64,000 nucleotides of DNA from assembly GCA_964509835.1 (NCBI GenBank), contig CAZDZC010000003.1, positions 127,642 through 191,641 of the forward strand, written 5' to 3'. The translations under genes were made by a program, and so were the position numbers. The notes under the pieces are model-generated. The model was not told the DNA's origin. It did not search any database and worked only from the letters and a program-made list of their open reading frames with translations. How positions within the stretch are numbered: position 1 is the first letter of the stretch; each line of letters begins with the position of its first letter. Shown here piece by piece: positions 1-10,042 of the stretch. The stretch is from an uncultured Acidobacteriota bacterium (GTDB taxonomy: Bacteria > Acidobacteriota > G020349885 > CAZDZC01).

Positions 1-911
1 CAACGGGTTCAATAGGTTTGGACTGTGCTTTGGGTATCGGTGGATTTCCTCGGGGCAGAGTGATTGAAATCTTTGGACCTGAAGCGTCAGGGAAAACGAC
101 TCTTGCCTTGCATGTTGTTGCACAGGCTCAGAAAATGGACGGTTTGGCTGCGTTTATTGATGCCGAACATGCTATTGATCCAATTTATGCCGAAGCTCTC
201 GGAGTAAAAACAGATGATTTGCTAATCTCTCAGCCCGACAATGGAGAGCAGGCGTTGGAAATTGCTGAAATGCTTGTTCGAAGCGGAGCTCTTGATGTTC
301 TTGTAGTTGATTCTGTTGCTGCGCTGGTTCCCAGAGCAGAACTTGAGGGTGATATGGGTGATTCCCATATGGGACTCCAGGCCAGATTGATGTCTCAGGC
401 TCTCAGAAAGCTAACAGGCATTGTTTCAAAATCAAAGACGAGCCTGATTTTCATTAACCAAGTCCGTGACAAGATCGGGGTGATGTTTGGAAATCCTGAA
501 ACTACAACTGGGGGGCGGGCGTTGAAGTTCTACACTTCGGTCAGAATAGATATCAGAAGAAAAGGCTCTATAAAAGAAGGGGAAACCGTGACAGGTTCCC
601 GCACTATTGTTAAAGTGGTTAAGAATAAGCTTGCTCCTCCTTTCAAACAAACAGAATTCGATATAATTTATGGTATCGGGATTTCACGCGAAGGCGAAAT
701 GATAGATATCGGGTTGGAAAAAGGAATAATTGAAAAGAGTGGATCATGGTTTTCTTATGGGGATATGAGGCTTGGCCAGGGAAGGGCAAACGCTGTTCAG
801 TTTCTTTCTGAAAATGCTGATTTGCATAAAGAGATTCTTTCCAGGATATATGAATCTACGAAAAGCATCCAGAAACATAAGGCAGAGTCAATAGATAAAA
901 AGACAGAATAG
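1..911 (+). CDS. recA: Recombinase RecA (5'-truncated by window edge; track ORF 18..911 is an internal Met)
   Basis: Translation contains the RecA Walker A motif GPEASGKTT, the motifs [14 protein letters not shown] and SWFSYGD, and a C-terminal acidic tail. The reading frame is open to the window start. Confidence 0.95.
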   Translation, partial: TGSIGLDCALGIGGFPRGRVIEIFGPEASGKTTLALHVVAQAQKMDGLAAFIDAEHAIDPIYAEALGVKTDDLLISQPDNGEQALEIAEMLVRSGALDVLVVDSVAALVPRAELEGDMGDSHMGLQARLMSQALRKLTGIVSKSKTSLIFINQVRDKIGVMFGNPETTTGGRALKFYTSVRIDIRRKGSIKEGETVTGSRTIVKVVKNKLAPPFKQTEFDIIYGIGISREGEMIDIGLEKGIIEKSGSWFSYGDMRLGQGRANAVQFLSENADLHKEILSRIYESTKSIQKHKAESIDKKTE

Positions 912-933
912 GTATTGACAAACCTGTTTAATG
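905..933 (+). promoter_or_regulatory. sigma70-like promoter: TTGACA(905-910)-N17-TATATT(928-933) upstream of tRNA-Phe
   Basis: A consensus -35 hexamer, a 17-nt spacer and a near-consensus -10 lie ~30 nt upstream of the tRNA 5' end. Seen directly in the sequence. Confidence 0.45.
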
Positions 934-963
934 TTTGTATATTATGAATCTTAAGTAAAAATT

Positions 964-1036
964 GCCGAGATAGCTCAGTCGGTAGAGCAGTGGACTGAAA
1001 ATCCGCGTGTCGGCGGTTCAAATCCGTCTCTCGGCA
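964..1036 (+). tRNA. tRNA-Phe (anticodon GAA), no encoded CCA
   Basis: The 7-bp acceptor stem GCCGAGA/TCTCGGC pairs cleanly. The D-arm is GCTC-AGTCGGTA-GAGC. The anticodon loop CTGAAAA gives anticodon GAA. The T-arm is GGCGG-TTCAAAT-CCGTC. Length is 73 nt. Confidence 0.93.
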
Positions 1037-1184
1037 CGAGTTTAGAAGCTTTCGACCTATCAGTGAATAACTGCCGGTTTATATCGGCGGAGCATACCAA
1101 TGGAACTCTTTCCAATATAAAGTCACACCACGATATAGGTCACACCTACTGAATCACACCTAGAAAAATGTGTCGAGAGCTGTA

Positions 1185-1210
1185 AAGGGGACCTTTAGGG
1201 TCCCCTTTTA
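1185..1210. terminator. Rho-independent terminator hairpin (GGGGACC-tttag-GGTCCCC + TTTT), A-tract on 5' side so possibly bidirectional
   Basis: A perfect 7-bp GC-rich stem at 1187-1193/1199-1205 is followed by TTTT at 1206-1209, downstream of the tRNA. Confidence 0.5.
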
Positions 1211-1269
1211 ATTTCCTGGGGGAACCTTTTTTATCATTTGTTTGACAGAGAAATTTTCGGCTGTTAAAA

Positions 1270-2346
1270 TTGAATTCGCGAAGAGAGCTGATTAAGGAGT
1301 TCTATTTGATGAAGAAAGATACCATAATATACGCAGACAGGCTATTCGGTTCCGGCGAGTGTGCAGTTGCAGAGTCGATAATCAGATTTGCTCCCGAAAG
1401 AATTGCTGCTGTTCTGGATCGTAATAATGACGGTAAATTTGTTCAGGAAATCCTCGGGTATGGCGGAGATATTCCATTTATTTCCGGGATTGATGATTTC
1501 AATGCGGAATATCTTATTCTTGGTGCTGAACTTAAACAAGAGGATAAGTTCATCAATTGGATTGAAACATCCTGTTTAGCATTGGAAAAAGGATTCAAAC
1601 TTTATAATATGAACCCCCTGAGGCATTCAGACAAGGTGAAACTGGATATTGCCGCAAAAAAGGGAAAAACAGAAATACTTGATTTTTGCTATCGGGGGAT
1701 ATCAAATTTCCCGAATGTTTTACTGCGGAAAGAATGGGAGGGGAAGGTTATCCTCACAGTAGGGACAGGTCTGGATTCCTGTAAATTGACAACCTCTATT
1801 GAAATTGTTTCCGAACTCAACAAAAGGGGTAAAAAGGCTGTATTGGCTTCTACGGGGCCTGCAGGGATTTTTCTAACCGGGAGAGGATTAGCTTTCAATT
1901 ATATTCCTTCTAATGAACTTTCAAGGGCAGCCGAAGATCTTGTCATCTCATATGTTGACAATTCCGTGGAGTTAATTATCGTGGAGGGTCAGGGAGCTCT
2001 GAATCATCCCTATTATTCCCCTGTAGCTGCAGCTTTAATACATGGGTGTAGGCCTGATGGAATGATTTTTTGCCACAGGATATCAGAGTCTTCAGTTCCT
2101 GGTTACCACAATGTAAAGATCAATGATATTCCGAAACTTGTTAAATTACATGAGCAATTCGCCTCTGCATCTGGAAATTCAACTGTTCTAGGGTTATCTC
2201 TGGATTGCAGCAGCCTGAATACGGAAGATACCAAAGGCGCAATTAAAGAATCACAGGTTCTTACAAGGCTTCCTGCTTCTGAACCGTTGAAGTTCGGGTG
2301 CTCTCAACTGGTAAGATCTATAGAAGAAATGGGATACATGGAGTAA
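1270..2346 (+). CDS. DUF1611-family protein (Rossmann-like N-domain + P-loop-like C-domain); function uncertain
   Basis: A 358-aa ORF (a start at Met 1310 is also possible). The DUF1611 assignment comes from overall pattern recall (GTGLDSCK, VLASTGPAG, IVEGQGAL motifs), not from a computed alignment. Confidence 0.5.
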   Translation: MNSRRELIKEFYLMKKDTIIYADRLFGSGECAVAESIIRFAPERIAAVLDRNNDGKFVQEILGYGGDIPFISGIDDFNAEYLILGAELKQEDKFINWIETSCLALEKGFKLYNMNPLRHSDKVKLDIAAKKGKTEILDFCYRGISNFPNVLLRKEWEGKVILTVGTGLDSCKLTTSIEIVSELNKRGKKAVLASTGPAGIFLTGRGLAFNYIPSNELSRAAEDLVISYVDNSVELIIVEGQGALNHPYYSPVAAALIHGCRPDGMIFCHRISESSVPGYHNVKINDIPKLVKLHEQFASASGNSTVLGLSLDCSSLNTEDTKGAIKESQVLTRLPASEPLKFGCSQLVRSIEEMGYME

Positions 2347-2358
2347 AAATCTGGTCTT

Positions 2359-2844
2359 CTACTTGTCTGCCTGGCGGGGATTAGTTCTAAGCCTGTTTCT
2401 GATGTTTTCATTTTTCTGCTGAAATTTTTCGATTCTTTCGGTCTGCTCATCGGTCAGTGTTTTTTCGTTATCAGGATTTTCAAGTGGCTTAACTGTTGTA
2501 TCCGCTACCGAACCAGTACTTTCATCAGAAGGGTAAATTGAGGGTTCGTTTACAGCATCTTTAGGCGGTATCCGGTCAACAGCTGGTTTTGCAAGTGATG
2601 GTTTCTGATTATTCTTCCCAGGCGGAGTGTCAGGTACCTCCGATTCCACAATTTTTTCTATCTGATCTTTCGGAACACCTATCTGTCCTTTTGCCACCCC
2701 GAAAGTGTACCAGTCGGAATTGTCCTGTTTGCTGGATACCTTAAGAACTCTGCCATTTTTAAAATAAACAAGATAAGAGGAAGAAAGGCAAACGCCTGAT
2801 GTGAAAACAAGAATAACAGCAAATATAACAATATTTCTTCTCAT
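2359..2844 (-). CDS. Hypothetical secreted/periplasmic protein with N-terminal signal peptide and Pro/Asp-rich C-terminal half
   Basis: The N-terminus MRRNIVIFAVILVFTSGVCLSS is a typical signal peptide. No recognisable catalytic motifs. Confidence 0.6.
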   Translation of the reverse strand: MRRNIVIFAVILVFTSGVCLSSSYLVYFKNGRVLKVSSKQDNSDWYTFGVAKGQIGVPKDQIEKIVESEVPDTPPGKNNQKPSLAKPAVDRIPPKDAVNEPSIYPSDESTGSVADTTVKPLENPDNEKTLTDEQTERIEKFQQKNENIRNRLRTNPRQADK

Positions 2845-2970
2845 AGCCGGAAGTATAAATCTTTTTTCTATCTATATCAAGTCTTCGATATTCTCTTTAC
2901 TAGATTAAAGCAGTATTTTATAATGAATTTTCGCGGGTCTTTCCTACTGTATTTTAGATCAGGAATAAAT

Positions 2971-4503
2971 ATGAAAGAAAAAGTCCTTGTATTAGATTTC
3001 GGCTCCCAATACACCCGGCTTATAGCACGGCGGATCAGGGAACACAATGTATATTCGGAAATAGCTAATTACAATATCTGTGCAGAAGATATAAAAAAAA
3101 TAAAACCTATAGGGATAGTGCTTTCAGGTGGTCCGGACAGTATTTATGAGAAAAACTCTCCCCAATGTGATGCGGAAATTTTTGGATTGGGTATCCCGGT
3201 GCTGGGTATATGTTATGGTATGCATCTTATGGTCAGTACTCTTGGGGGGAGAGTGGAAAGATCAGACAGCAGGGAGTACGGCAGGACAGAGCTGGAGATT
3301 ATCTGCAGAACCGGATTATTCAGAAACTTACAATCGGACAGAACTATTGTCTGGATGAGCCATGGTGACAAGGCAGCGGAACTTCCTCCTGGTTTTATGG
3401 TGACAGCCAAGACCAAATCAACCGATATTGCTTCAATATCCAATGAGAACAAAAAGCTGTTTGGCATCCAATTCCACCCTGAAGTTAACCATACTGTGAA
3501 CGGAAACATCATTATAAATTCATTTCTTTATGACATATGCGGTGCGGCTGGTGATTGGAGGATGTCCGATCTTGTTGAAGAGAAGACCGCTAAAATTGCA
3601 GACATTGTTGGAGACCGCAGAGCCATTTGCGCCTTGAGCGGAGGTGTTGATTCATCAGTAACTGCAACACTCGCATCAAAAGCAATCGGAGACAATCTGC
3701 AGTGTATATTTGTAGATACCGGCCTTCTTAGGTTCAGAGAGGCTGAAAATGTTATGAATTCATATCTAACCAGGATGAACCTGAATGTTAAGAAAATAGA
3801 CGCATCTTCGCTTTTTTTTCGCGAACTGAAGGGAGTCAAGGATCCAGAAAAAAAAAGAAAGATTATTGGAAAGCTTTTTGTGGATGTTTTTGTGGAGGAA
3901 GCAATAAAGACTGGTAATGCAGAATATTTTCTTCAGGGAACGCTGTATCCCGATGTAATTGAAAGCGCAGGTTTCAACGGGCCGTCAGCGGTAATCAAGA
4001 CACACCATAACCTTGTTCCGGAGATAATGCATCTTAATGTTATTGAACCGCTAAGGGACCTTTTTAAAGATGAAGTTCGGAAGCTTGGCCATGAGATGGG
4101 GATGGAGGATGATTTTCTGTGGCGGCATCCTTTCCCCGGACCTGGTTTGGCAGTAAGAATTCTAGGAGAAGTTACTCCTGAAAGGGTTAATGTTCTTCAG
4201 AAGGCCGATCATATATTTATTGAAGAGATAAGACATGCGGGGCTTTACCGTAAAATCTCACAGGCTTTTGCAGTGCTGCTTCCAGTCAAAAGCGTAGGTG
4301 TTATGGGTGACGGAAGAACATACGAGAATGTGTTGGCATTGAGAGCGGTTGAAACGAATGATTTTATGACAGCAGACTGGTCCAGAATACCTTTTGATGT
4401 TCTGGACAGAACAGCAACAAAAATAATCAATGATGTAAAAGGAATCAACAGGGTAGTTTATGATATCAGCACAAAACCACCGAGTACAATAGAATGGGAA
4501 TGA
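2971..4503 (+). CDS. guaA: GMP synthase (glutamine-hydrolysing), GATase1 + ATP-pyrophosphatase domains
   Basis: The sequence from MKEKVLVLDFGSQYTRLIARRIRE through the GATase region contains GICYGMHL. The PP-loop SGGVDSSV is present, and the C-terminus IEWE is the characteristic GuaA end. The track ORF starts 16 codons upstream; the Met at 2971 is the likely start. Confidence 0.95.
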   Translation: MKEKVLVLDFGSQYTRLIARRIREHNVYSEIANYNICAEDIKKIKPIGIVLSGGPDSIYEKNSPQCDAEIFGLGIPVLGICYGMHLMVSTLGGRVERSDSREYGRTELEIICRTGLFRNLQSDRTIVWMSHGDKAAELPPGFMVTAKTKSTDIASISNENKKLFGIQFHPEVNHTVNGNIIINSFLYDICGAAGDWRMSDLVEEKTAKIADIVGDRRAICALSGGVDSSVTATLASKAIGDNLQCIFVDTGLLRFREAENVMNSYLTRMNLNVKKIDASSLFFRELKGVKDPEKKRKIIGKLFVDVFVEEAIKTGNAEYFLQGTLYPDVIESAGFNGPSAVIKTHHNLVPEIMHLNVIEPLRDLFKDEVRKLGHEMGMEDDFLWRHPFPGPGLAVRILGEVTPERVNVLQKADHIFIEEIRHAGLYRKISQAFAVLLPVKSVGVMGDGRTYENVLALRAVETNDFMTADWSRIPFDVLDRTATKIINDVKGINRVVYDISTKPPSTIEWE

Positions 4504-7500
4504 TATCCAAACAGAAATTTGTGCACCTCCACAATCACAGCGATTTCAGCCTTCTGGATGGAGCCTGCAGGATTGACAAGCTTGTTAGTCTGGCTTATGA
4601 ATATGGAATGCCTGCAGTTGCGATGACTGACCATGGAAATCTATTTGGAGCTGTTAAATTTTATAATGCTGCAATGAACGCCGGGGTGAAACCGATTATA
4701 GGATGCGAAGTTTATGTTGCCCCAGGAAGCAGGAAAAATATGGACAAGAATGATGAAAGAAGATACCATCATCTTATTCTCCTGGTTGAAAATGAAATAG
4801 GATATAAAAATCTTTGCCTTCTGGTTTCCATCGGATATCTTGAGGGATTTTACTATAAACCCAGAATTGACAAGGAAATACTTGGAGAACATTCTGAAGG
4901 TTTGATTGCCCTGTCAGCATGCCTTGGAGGGGAAGTTTCATCGGAGCTTAACAAAGGTAATTACCCTGCCGCAGAGAAAGCCGCTCTTGAATACAGAAGA
5001 CTAATGGGAGAGAACAACTTTTTTTTAGAGCTTCAGAACCATGGGCTTCCTGAACAACGGTCTGTGAACATAGGTTTGAAGAAGATTTCCGAAAAAACAG
5101 GAATCCCTCTTGTGGCAACAAATGACTGCCATTTCCTCAAAAAAGATGATTTCCATGCGCATGAGGTTCTCTTATGCATTCAGACGGGCACCACCCTGGA
5201 AACGGAAAACAGGAAGTTCAGATATAACCATCAGTATTATTTTAAACCTACTGAGGAAATGACCGCTCTTTTTGAAGAGACGCCGGAAGCAATTTCAAAT
5301 ACTGTGCTGATAGCTGACCGGATTAAATTTGAACTTGATCAGAAATCGTCTCATCTTCCCGGGTTCGAAATTCCCGGGAAAATGAATGCAATGGAATATT
5401 TCAGGTCAATTGTTTTTGATGGGTTTAGCGAAAGAAAACTACTGCTTCTTGAGATGGAAAAAAGTGGTCTGCTCAGGAACGGAATTGAAAGATATGAAGA
5501 AAGGCTTGAACGGGAAATTAAAACCATTTTTGAAATGGATTACCAAGGATACTTTCTCATAGTCTGGGATTTTATTAGGTTTGCGAGAGAAAGGGGAATT
5601 CCTGTGGGCCCCGGGAGAGGTTCAGGGGTTGGAAGCCTTGTTGCGTATTGTATGAAGATTACAAATGTGAATCCCCTTCAGTATGATCTTTTGTTCGAGA
5701 GGTTCCTCAATCCTGAGAGGGTATCTCCTCCTGATTTCGATATTGATTTCTGCATTAGAGGACGGGAAGAAGTTATAAACCATGTCCGCGAGAAATATGG
5801 GAAAAACAATGTTGCTCAGATAATAACTTTCGGAACGATGGCAGCGAGGGGAGCGGTCAGGGATGTGGGGAGGGCTTTGGGAATGCCATATGGAGAAGTG
5901 GATAAAATCGCCAAGATGATCCCTTTTACCTCACCCAGCCTGGAGGATGCGCAGAACAAAGTTCCCGAGTTAAGAGAAATCAGAAAGGAAAAACCTGAAA
6001 TTGACAAATTACTAAGCATTTCAATGAAGCTCGAGGGATTATCCCGGCACGCGTCCACCCATGCAGCCGCAGTTGTAATAACTCCCCAACCGGTTGTTGA
6101 ATATACTCCTCTCTACAAAACACCGGAAGGCGAAATTACCACCCAGTACGCAAAAGATGAGGTTGAAAGAATCGGGCTACTGAAGATGGATTTTCTCGGT
6201 TTGAAGACTCTTACAAGTATAGATGATACATTAAAAAGCATTGAGCAGACTGAAGGATTTAAGCTTAATCTGGAAAAAATTCCGCTGGACGACAGAAAGA
6301 CTTTTGACGAGATATTTATAAAGGGAAACACTTTTGGAGTTTTTCAGTTTGAAAGCCAAGGCATGAGAGACACATTAAGGAGGTTTAAACCAGAGAAATT
6401 CGAAGATCTTATAGCTCTTAATGCTCTCTATCGTCCGGGACCGCTGGGCGGAGGTTATTTTGATGAGTTTATTAAACTGAAACACAGTAAATCGAAAGCT
6501 AAATTTATTTTCCCTGAACTTGAGCCGACTCTTGCAGAAACTTATGGAGTTATAGTCTATCAGGAGCAGGTTATGAAAATTGCCAGCGATATTGCGGGTT
6601 TCAGTTTAGGAGGCGCTGATTGTATGCGTCGGGCAATGGGCAAGAAAAAACCTAAAGAGATGCAGGCACTTAAAAAGGATTTTATTGAAGGAGCAAAATC
6701 AAGAGGTTTTAACGCAAAGAAAGCGGAAGAACTCTTCGAACTGCTGGAAAAATTTGCGGAGTACGGTTTTAACAAATCGCATAGTGCCGCTTATGCTCTT
6801 CTTGCCTTCCAGACCGCATATTTGAAAGCAAACTACCCAGTTCATTTCATGTGCTCTCTTCTGACAAGTGAAAGAGATAATACAGGCAAAGTTATGAGAT
6901 ATGTTATGGAATGCCGTGATATGGATATTGAGGTTCTGCCTCCGGATATCAACGAAAGCGGGAAATATTTCAAAGTTGTAAAGAATAAGATTGTATTCGG
7001 ACTATCCGCAATAAAAAATGTTGGTGAAAAAGCAATTGATTCAATCATTTAAGCAAGGGATAAAAAAGGTAAAATTGAATCTTTGTTCGATTTTTGTTCA
7101 AAGGTAGATCTCAGGCTTAACAATAAAAGAGTTCTGGAGAACCTTGTAAAGTCGGGGGCCTTCGACTCTTTAGGCAGTTTCAGATCACAGCAATACAGTT
7201 CAATTGACCGCGCCATTGAAGAAGCACAACAGAAACAAAAGGACGAGGCCATAGGACGGATTGCATTGTTCGGTGACAATGTTGTTGTCAGGGAAAACAG
7301 CAATTTGCTCCCAGATATTCCTGCCTGGCCTGAATCTGAAAGACTGGCGTACGAAAAAGAATCTCTTGGTTTCTATCTGACAGGCAATCCTCTGGAAAAA
7401 TACAGAGAGGAGATCAAGGATTTTGCTACCGCAGATGCTTCTAATCTTGCTGAAGGAAGCGATAAACGCAGAGAATCGGTAGCAGGGCTTATCTCTGCGG

Positions 7501-7973
7501 TAAGCGAAAAAATTGCGAAGAATGGTTCAAGAATGGCTTTCATTACACTTGAAGATTTAAGGGGTTCGATAGAAGTGATAGCCTTTTCTGATGTTTATGA
7601 ATCTTGCAAAACAATAATCGCTGTTGATACCCCTGTTCTTGTCCGGGGGCAGGTGGATGTGGTGGAAAATGGTGTTGAGGCAAAGATCAGGGCTGAAGAG
7701 ATAAGGCTTCTTGACAATATCCGCGGGGAGGAAGCAAAATCAATACTCATTGTAACTTCCGCGGTTGGTCTTGATGGTGATGCCATGCACAAACTCAATA
7801 ATATTCTTGAGAAAAGCAAAGGTTCCAAGACTGTTAATATAAGACTTAACTATCCTAAGAAATATTCAGTTAAAATCGCTCTCAACCCCTACATAAAAGT
7901 GAATCCCAATCCTAAACTGATTGATAGAATTAAGGATGTTTTCGGTAAGAACTCCGTAAAATACGAGTTGTAG
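4494..7973 (+). CDS. dnaE: DNA polymerase III alpha subunit DnaE, interrupted by a single in-frame TAA at 7050-7052 (track ORFs 4494..7052 and 7083..7973 are in the same frame)
   Basis: The N-terminal PHP domain (FVHLHNHSDFSLLDG) and the polymerase core are present. The sequence continues in the same frame after the TAA (..GEKAIDSII*ARDKKGKIESLFDFCSKVDLR..). Comparing with DnaE from memory, that position should carry a Glu codon (GAA). The combined length of ~1148 aa is typical for DnaE. Confidence 0.9.
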
Positions 7974-8002
7974 GTGAAATTTGAATATGCAGGCGAAGAA
8001 GT

Positions 8003-8575
8003 ATGATTACAGAAAAGCAGATTGAGCTGAAAAATGTAAGATCGCTTCTTTTGCATATCTGCTGTGCTCCGGATGCCGTATTTGTCGTAAAGGACTTTTT
8101 GAAACGGAATGACTTGGAAACCGGAGGGTTTTTTTACGATCCAAACATTCATCCGGAAGAAGAGTATGTCTTTCGCATCAGAGAGATGAAAGAGCTTTCA
8201 AGCAAGTTTGGATTCATGCTTTTTGAAGGGGAATATGATCCAGAACGATGGCACAATCTTGTGGCAGGATTTGAAAGTGCTCCTGAAAAAGGGGAACGAT
8301 GCCGAATTTGCATTGATATGAGGCTGCGCAGAACTGCTAAAAAAGCAAAAGAACTTGGATATGAAGCTTTTGCTACTGTTCTTACAAACAGCCCCAAAAA
8401 AATTATAAGTATTATCAATGAAATCGGGTATGAAGCAGCTGCAAGTTCGGGAGTGAAATATATTGAATCTGCTTTCCGAAGATCAGAAGGGTTTAAAAAT
8501 AGTGTTGCCTTATCGGAAGAATATGGTTTATACAGGCAGAATTACTGCGGATGCATTTACAGCAGAAGGGACTAA
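8003..8575 (+). CDS. queH: Epoxyqueuosine reductase QueH (DUF208)
   Basis: The N-terminal LLLHICCAPD and the C-terminal NYCGCIYS Cys motifs are characteristic of QueH. The ~190-aa size also fits. Confidence 0.7.
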   Translation: MITEKQIELKNVRSLLLHICCAPDAVFVVKDFLKRNDLETGGFFYDPNIHPEEEYVFRIREMKELSSKFGFMLFEGEYDPERWHNLVAGFESAPEKGERCRICIDMRLRRTAKKAKELGYEAFATVLTNSPKKIISIINEIGYEAAASSGVKYIESAFRRSEGFKNSVALSEEYGLYRQNYCGCIYSRRD

Positions 8576-8685
8576 AATCAAGCATTGATAGGGCTTTTGA
8601 TTATATTTCTGTTTGTTTGCCACTTGACAGGAAACTAAGAGTTTGTTATACATCCGTATGTGTTTTTATCAGAAAGGAGATAGAT

Positions 8686-9255
8686 ATGAATCAGAGAAGA
8701 TTGGTCATTTTAATCGCTTGTTCTTTGTTCCTTTTTTCCATGTGTATTTCTTTTGCCGGGGAGAGAGAAAATGACGGTGATGTTTATTTCACCAGAACGA
8801 ATATCTGGTTTGAAAAACCCGATCTGATTTATTCCACTAATTATCACAGAGGAGGGATTATCCCTGTTGCCTCGGAAGTCAAAATAATTGCGAAATCGAG
8901 AGGGAAAATCAGATTTCAATTAATAAGTGATAATTCTGAATATGTTCTTGTTCAGAATATAAAACACACAACTATAAGTTTTTCAGAGTATTTTGATACC
9001 TGCTTTACGAGAACTGATCCTACCTCAACAAAGGAATACAAAAAATTCTCAAAAATGGAAAAGGAAAACATAAAATCAGGGAAAATAGAAGTCGGAATGT
9101 CAAAAGAAGCTGTTCTGATGGCGTATGGTTATCCACCAAGCCATCAAACACCTAGACTGGAGTCCAATGTATGGAAATATTGGAGAAATAGATTTGTCAC
9201 AGATTCCATTTATTTTACAGACAATAAAGTTTCAAAAATCCAATCTGGCGCTTAG
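8686..9255 (+). CDS. Hypothetical secreted protein (signal peptide); track ORF starts at 8551 but the Met at 8686 has a good RBS (GAAAGGAG) and begins a signal peptide
   Basis: MNQRRLVILIACSLFLFSMCISFAGE is a signal peptide. No recognised domain. Confidence 0.55.
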   Translation: MNQRRLVILIACSLFLFSMCISFAGERENDGDVYFTRTNIWFEKPDLIYSTNYHRGGIIPVASEVKIIAKSRGKIRFQLISDNSEYVLVQNIKHTTISFSEYFDTCFTRTDPTSTKEYKKFSKMEKENIKSGKIEVGMSKEAVLMAYGYPPSHQTPRLESNVWKYWRNRFVTDSIYFTDNKVSKIQSGA

Positions 9256-9298
9256 GGTTTAAAATTTGGAATCACTGGTTTTTCCGGTTCACGGTTTG

Positions 9299-10030
9299 AT
9301 GAAAAAAAACATTGAAATTGCTTTGGTTGTTGGTGGCAGTAGGGGCATCGGTCGTTCAATCGCGCTGACATTGGCCGAGGATGGTTTTGATATTCTTCTT
9401 ACTTATAACAGCAGTCATTCCGAGGCAGATAAAGTAAAAGAAAGGATTGAATCCATGGGCCGAAGCTGCCAGTTATTCTGCTTTGATGTTTCAAATCTTT
9501 CACAAACAAAAAACGCTCTGGAAAAGACAGTTAATGAAAAAGCGCCATATGCAGTGATCTTTAATTCGGGAATAGCCAAAGATAATCTGATGGTATGGAT
9601 GTCTCAGAAAGAATGGGAAGATGTTATTTCTGTCAATCTTAATGGATTCTATAATGTTATGAACACAGTTCTTTTCTCCATGCTTCAGAAAAAGAAAGGA
9701 AGAATCATTGCTGTATCTTCCGTATCGGGTGAAACGGGTAATGCCGGACAGGTAAATTATTCAGCTTCAAAAGCAGGTCTTATCGGTGCTGTAAAATCAT
9801 TGGCCAGAGAAGTAGGGAAAAGGAATATTCTTGTTAATGCTGTAGCGCCTGGTATTATAGATACTGAAATGATACATGATCTTCCCAAAGATAAAATTCT
9901 TGCTAACATCCCTCTTAACAGGTTCGGAACTGAGCAGGAAGTTGCATCAGTTGTCAGCTTTCTTTGCAGTGATGGCGCCAGCTACATTCATGGTCAGGTT
10001 ATCGGTATTAATGGTGGATTGTGTATATAA
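9299..10030 (+). CDS. 3-oxoacyl-ACP reductase (FabG-like SDR ketoreductase)
   Basis: The glycine-rich NAD(P)-binding motif VVGGSRGIGRSIA is present, along with the SDR catalytic region (S...YSASKAG) and NAVAPGIIDTEM. Length and motifs are typical of FabG. Confidence 0.85.
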   Translation: MKKNIEIALVVGGSRGIGRSIALTLAEDGFDILLTYNSSHSEADKVKERIESMGRSCQLFCFDVSNLSQTKNALEKTVNEKAPYAVIFNSGIAKDNLMVWMSQKEWEDVISVNLNGFYNVMNTVLFSMLQKKKGRIIAVSSVSGETGNAGQVNYSASKAGLIGAVKSLAREVGKRNILVNAVAPGIIDTEMIHDLPKDKILANIPLNRFGTEQEVASVVSFLCSDGASYIHGQVIGINGGLCI

Positions 10031-10042
10031 AGTCTTCAGTTT

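Noticed and set aside
3128-3839. Internal ORFs within guaA (3128..3358, 3213..3512, 3528..3839) and similar short ORFs inside dnaE and other long genes
   Set aside because: They are fully nested in well-supported long CDSs, in other frames or on the other strand. Typical spurious six-frame calls.
7050-7052. TAA reassigned as a sense codon (alternative genetic code)
   Set aside because: Many clearly bounded genes in the window terminate with TAA (e.g. the ACPs, 1270..2346, dnaE C-terminus neighbours). TAA therefore functions as a stop here.
8551-8685. Upstream extension of the secreted protein ORF overlapping queH
   Set aside because: The Met at 8686 has a strong RBS and begins a signal peptide. 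The extension would overlap the queH 3' end.
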